In this document: positions 28,185 to 30,849 of the stretch, in pieces
How positions within the stretch are numbered: position 1 is the first letter of the stretch
Layout: each line of letters begins with the position of its first letter
Assembly: GCA_965612865.1 (NCBI GenBank)
Contig: CBFDTJ010000010.1
Span: forward strand, 1 to 30,849
From: an uncultured bacterium
Lineage (GTDB): Bacteria > Caldisericota > Caldisericia > B22-G15
Direction of reading: 5' to 3'
DNA length: 30,849 bases
Notes under the pieces: model-generated
What the model saw: the letters and a program-made list of their open reading frames with translations, nothing else
Told to the model about the DNA's origin: nothing
Databases searched by the model: none
Position numbers and translations under genes: made by a program

Positions 28185-29317
28185 AGTTTCATACAGCAGG
28201 AGAATCGCACGGAATGTACCTTGTTGGAATTCTTGAAGGAATTCCTGCAGGTTTAAAACTCAATCTTGATTATATAAACTCAATGGTTCTCTTGAGGAAA
28301 AGAGGTTATGGAAGGGGAAAAAGGATGAATTTTGAGGAGGATAAACCAGAATTCTTTGGAGGCCTAACCAGAGACAACATTACAACAGGTGCACCTATAG
28401 GATTCAGGGTAAGAAACATAGATTGGGAGAAAGGAGGAAGGGGCAAATTTTCCTCCATTCCAAGACCGGGCCACTCTGATTTCTCGGGGAGTATAAAATA
28501 CGATTTTGAGAATCTCTATCTTCCAGCAGAGAGAGCAAGTGGAAGACTTACAGTTTTAGACGTTATTGCAGGAAGTATATGTATTCTTTTTCTCAAAGAG
28601 TTTGAAGTAGAAACCTACTTTTTTGTGACATCAGTAGGTGGAGTCAGTATTCCCATAGAACATTCTGATGGTGTCGATGCTATTTTCAAAAAAGCAATTT
28701 CTTCCTCCGTTCTTGTGCCGTTCCCTGAATTTGAAGAGAAGATAATGGGTGAGATTAATCATGCCATAAAAGAAAAAGATAGTTTAGGAGGGAGCGGTCT
28801 TGTGATCTTAAAGGGAGTTCCAGCAGGACTTGGAGATTATAACAGGTGGGATAAGAGAATAGATGGTCTAATTGCTCAGGCTATTATGAGTATTCCCTCT
28901 GTTAAAGCAGTTGAGATTGGAGAAGGTATTGAATCATCAAGATTTAAGGGAAGTGAGTTTCATGATCCATTCTTCATAAGAGGGGGTAAAATTTTAAGGG
29001 GGTCAAACAATGCTGGAGGGATTGAAGGGGGGATAACAAATGGAGAGGATATAATTGTAAAATTCTATGCGAAGCCAATTCCAACGGTTAGGAGAGGAGT
29101 TCCCTCTGTAAATTTTAAGGAGTTTAAAGAGGTTAAATCCAGTTATGTAAGATCTGATACAGTTGTAATACCTGCAGTATCCCTTATAGCTGCATCAAGA
29201 GTTTCCTTTGTTATCGCATCCACTTTTTTGGATAAATTTGGAGGAGACCACATAAAAGATATAAAAGATTCCTTCAATAGTTATATCAACTCAAGGAGAA
29301 GATTTTGGCAAAGATAA
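28178..29317 (+). CDS. aroC: Chorismate synthase
   Basis: TAGESHG, GYGRGKRM, TTGAPI, PRPGHSD, DSLGG, MSIPSVKAVEIG, NNAGGIEGGITNG, KPIPT, RSD. Confidence 0.95.
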   Translation: MLKFHTAGESHGMYLVGILEGIPAGLKLNLDYINSMVLLRKRGYGRGKRMNFEEDKPEFFGGLTRDNITTGAPIGFRVRNIDWEKGGRGKFSSIPRPGHSDFSGSIKYDFENLYLPAERASGRLTVLDVIAGSICILFLKEFEVETYFFVTSVGGVSIPIEHSDGVDAIFKKAISSSVLVPFPEFEEKIMGEINHAIKEKDSLGGSGLVILKGVPAGLGDYNRWDKRIDGLIAQAIMSIPSVKAVEIGEGIESSRFKGSEFHDPFFIRGGKILRGSNNAGGIEGGITNGEDIIVKFYAKPIPTVRRGVPSVNFKEFKEVKSSYVRSDTVVIPAVSLIAASRVSFVIASTFLDKFGGDHIKDIKDSFNSYINSRRRFWQR

Positions 29318-30840
29318 TTTTATGTGGATTTATGGGTTCTGGAAAAACAACTATTGGAAGAGAATTATCGAAGAATCTCAAGATTCCATTTTTTGATCTC
29401 GATTCTGAAATAGAAAAAAGGTTTGGAAAGGATATAGATAAGATATTTCAGGATAATGGTGAGAATTTATTTAGAAAAATAGAGAAAGATGTTCTTCTTG
29501 AGTTTTTAGAAAAGAAAAAAGATTTCGTTCTTGCTGTGGGGGGAGGTGCAATTATTGATACTGAGTCCCTTAATAGAGTGCTTAAGAACTCAATTCCTGT
29601 ACTTCTTGACGGGAGACCTGAAGTTTTTTATGAGAGGATAAAGGGAGATAGAAAAAGACCGTTGCTCCATTCCCTCCATGATTTCGTTCTTCTTTTTGAG
29701 CAAAGAAAGCACATTTATATGAAAATCCCCCTAAAGATTAATGCAGAGAGGCCCCTTCATAATATTGTATCTGATATTATGTGGATACTTAAAAGAAGAG
29801 AATTTCATAATCCTCAGAAGATTATTTTACAGGTTGGAATATCATTTTCACTTGTTAATAAAGAGTTTGATTTTCTGATAATAGACGAAAATGTTTATAA
29901 AATTTATAAGGAAAGGTTTAAAATCAAGAATAAATACATTGTATCAGGGGGCGAAAGGGCAAAAAATCTTGATGAGGTTTCTGATATATATGAAGCTCTT
30001 CTAAATTCTGGAGTTGAAAAGGATGGAAAGGTGGCAGGTGTTGGAGGGGGGGTAATTTCTGATATTTCTGGTTTCGTCTCCTCAACCTACATGAGAGGTG
30101 TAAATCTGTATCTTGTACCTACAACATTTCTTTCCCAGGTAGATAGTTCCATTGGTGGAAAGAACGGCGTTAATCTTTCATCAGGAAAGAATCTTGTTGG
30201 AACCTTTTACTTACCCGGATATACCTATATAGATCCTCTGTTTCTGTGGACTCTTCCTGGTAGGGAAATTATTTCAGGTCTTGGTGAGGTATTTAAGTAT
30301 GGGATTCTTTCTGAAAATGGTATTTTTGAAATGCTTGAGAGAGCTTATAAATTTGATTTTATGACAATCTTAAAATTCATATATCCTGCAATTCTCGAAA
30401 AGATAAAATGGATTAAAAATGATATGTTTGACAGGAAAGGAGAAAGAGTTTTTTTAAATCTGGGTCACACAGTGGGTCACATGGTGGAAAGAATTATAGG
30501 TTTTGGAAATTTAACACACGGAGAGGCAGTTGCATTCGGTATACTCGTTTCAGCATATATTTCAAATAGATCCAAGATTTTAAAAGATAGCGATTTTGAA
30601 AGGATTATGTTTCTATACAAAAAATTAGATTTTCATGTTAAAAAGTTTGCGCCAATCCTTAATTTTAAGGAAGATGATTTAATAAAGACACTCCTTCTGG
30701 ATAAAAAAACGAATTCCAGAAAGCTTACTTTAGTTCTTCCCAAAAGAATTGGAGAGGTTTTTTTAAAGAGGGATTTTCAACCGGAGTTACTCACAAAGTT
30801 TTTATTAGAATTTTTAAGAGACTTTAAGGAGGAGATATGA
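29305..30840 (+). CDS. aroKB: Bifunctional shikimate kinase / 3-dehydroquinate synthase (AroK-AroB fusion)
   Basis: N-terminal GFMGSGKTTIG, DLD, GENLFRKIE, VGGGA, RPLL; C-terminal GGERAK, GGGVISD, YMRG, PTTFLSQVDSSIGGKNG, KNLVGTF, LNLGHTVGH, HGEAVA, DKK. Confidence 0.95.
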   Translation: MAKIILCGFMGSGKTTIGRELSKNLKIPFFDLDSEIEKRFGKDIDKIFQDNGENLFRKIEKDVLLEFLEKKKDFVLAVGGGAIIDTESLNRVLKNSIPVLLDGRPEVFYERIKGDRKRPLLHSLHDFVLLFEQRKHIYMKIPLKINAERPLHNIVSDIMWILKRREFHNPQKIILQVGISFSLVNKEFDFLIIDENVYKIYKERFKIKNKYIVSGGERAKNLDEVSDIYEALLNSGVEKDGKVAGVGGGVISDISGFVSSTYMRGVNLYLVPTTFLSQVDSSIGGKNGVNLSSGKNLVGTFYLPGYTYIDPLFLWTLPGREIISGLGEVFKYGILSENGIFEMLERAYKFDFMTILKFIYPAILEKIKWIKNDMFDRKGERVFLNLGHTVGHMVERIIGFGNLTHGEAVAFGILVSAYISNRSKILKDSDFERIMFLYKKLDFHVKKFAPILNFKEDDLIKTLLLDKKTNSRKLTLVLPKRIGEVFLKRDFQPELLTKFLLEFLRDFKEEI

Positions 30841-30849
30841 AAAAAATAC
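30837..30849 (+). CDS. Start of the next operon gene (MKKI...), cut by the window edge; possibly a 3-dehydroquinate dehydratase
   Basis: AAGGAGGAG then ATG overlapping the aroKB stop (ATGA). Identity is guessed only from the shikimate pathway step missing in the window. Confidence 0.4.

Noticed and set aside
1..30849. CRISPR array, rRNA/tRNA, IS element, prophage or defence system
   Set aside because: No regularly spaced nucleotide repeats, structural RNA signatures, transposase, integrase or phage genes were seen; the repeats present are degenerate and protein-level.

Overview
AT-rich bacterial chromosomal window with three parts. (1) A minus-strand DnaB-family helicase-like gene (<1..1460). 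It runs off the left edge, is missing from the supplied ORF track, and has several non-canonical motifs. (2) A ~20 kb co-directional cluster of four large secreted proteins built from shuffled Ig-like modules (about 1185, 2580, 2220 and 705 aa). Three end in the same PDG-x-x-G-W/F-Y + 2x Ig + copper-amine-oxidase N-terminal (stalk) cassette; the fourth lacks it. An orphan solute-binding lipoprotein fusion and an M23 peptidase follow. (3) An aromatic amino acid operon (aroH, aroF, tyrA, aroA, aroE, aroC, aroK-aroB, then a gene cut by the right edge). It is preceded by a consensus promoter, an unannotated Phe/Tyr-rich leader peptide (MFVMSFTYYYLLR) and a hairpin/terminator pair, i.e. a probable ribosome-dependent attenuator. 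aroA carries a single in-frame TAG. The stalk-domain expansion suggests a Caldisericota-like organism, but that is inference only. No CRISPR array, rRNA, tRNA or mobile element was seen.
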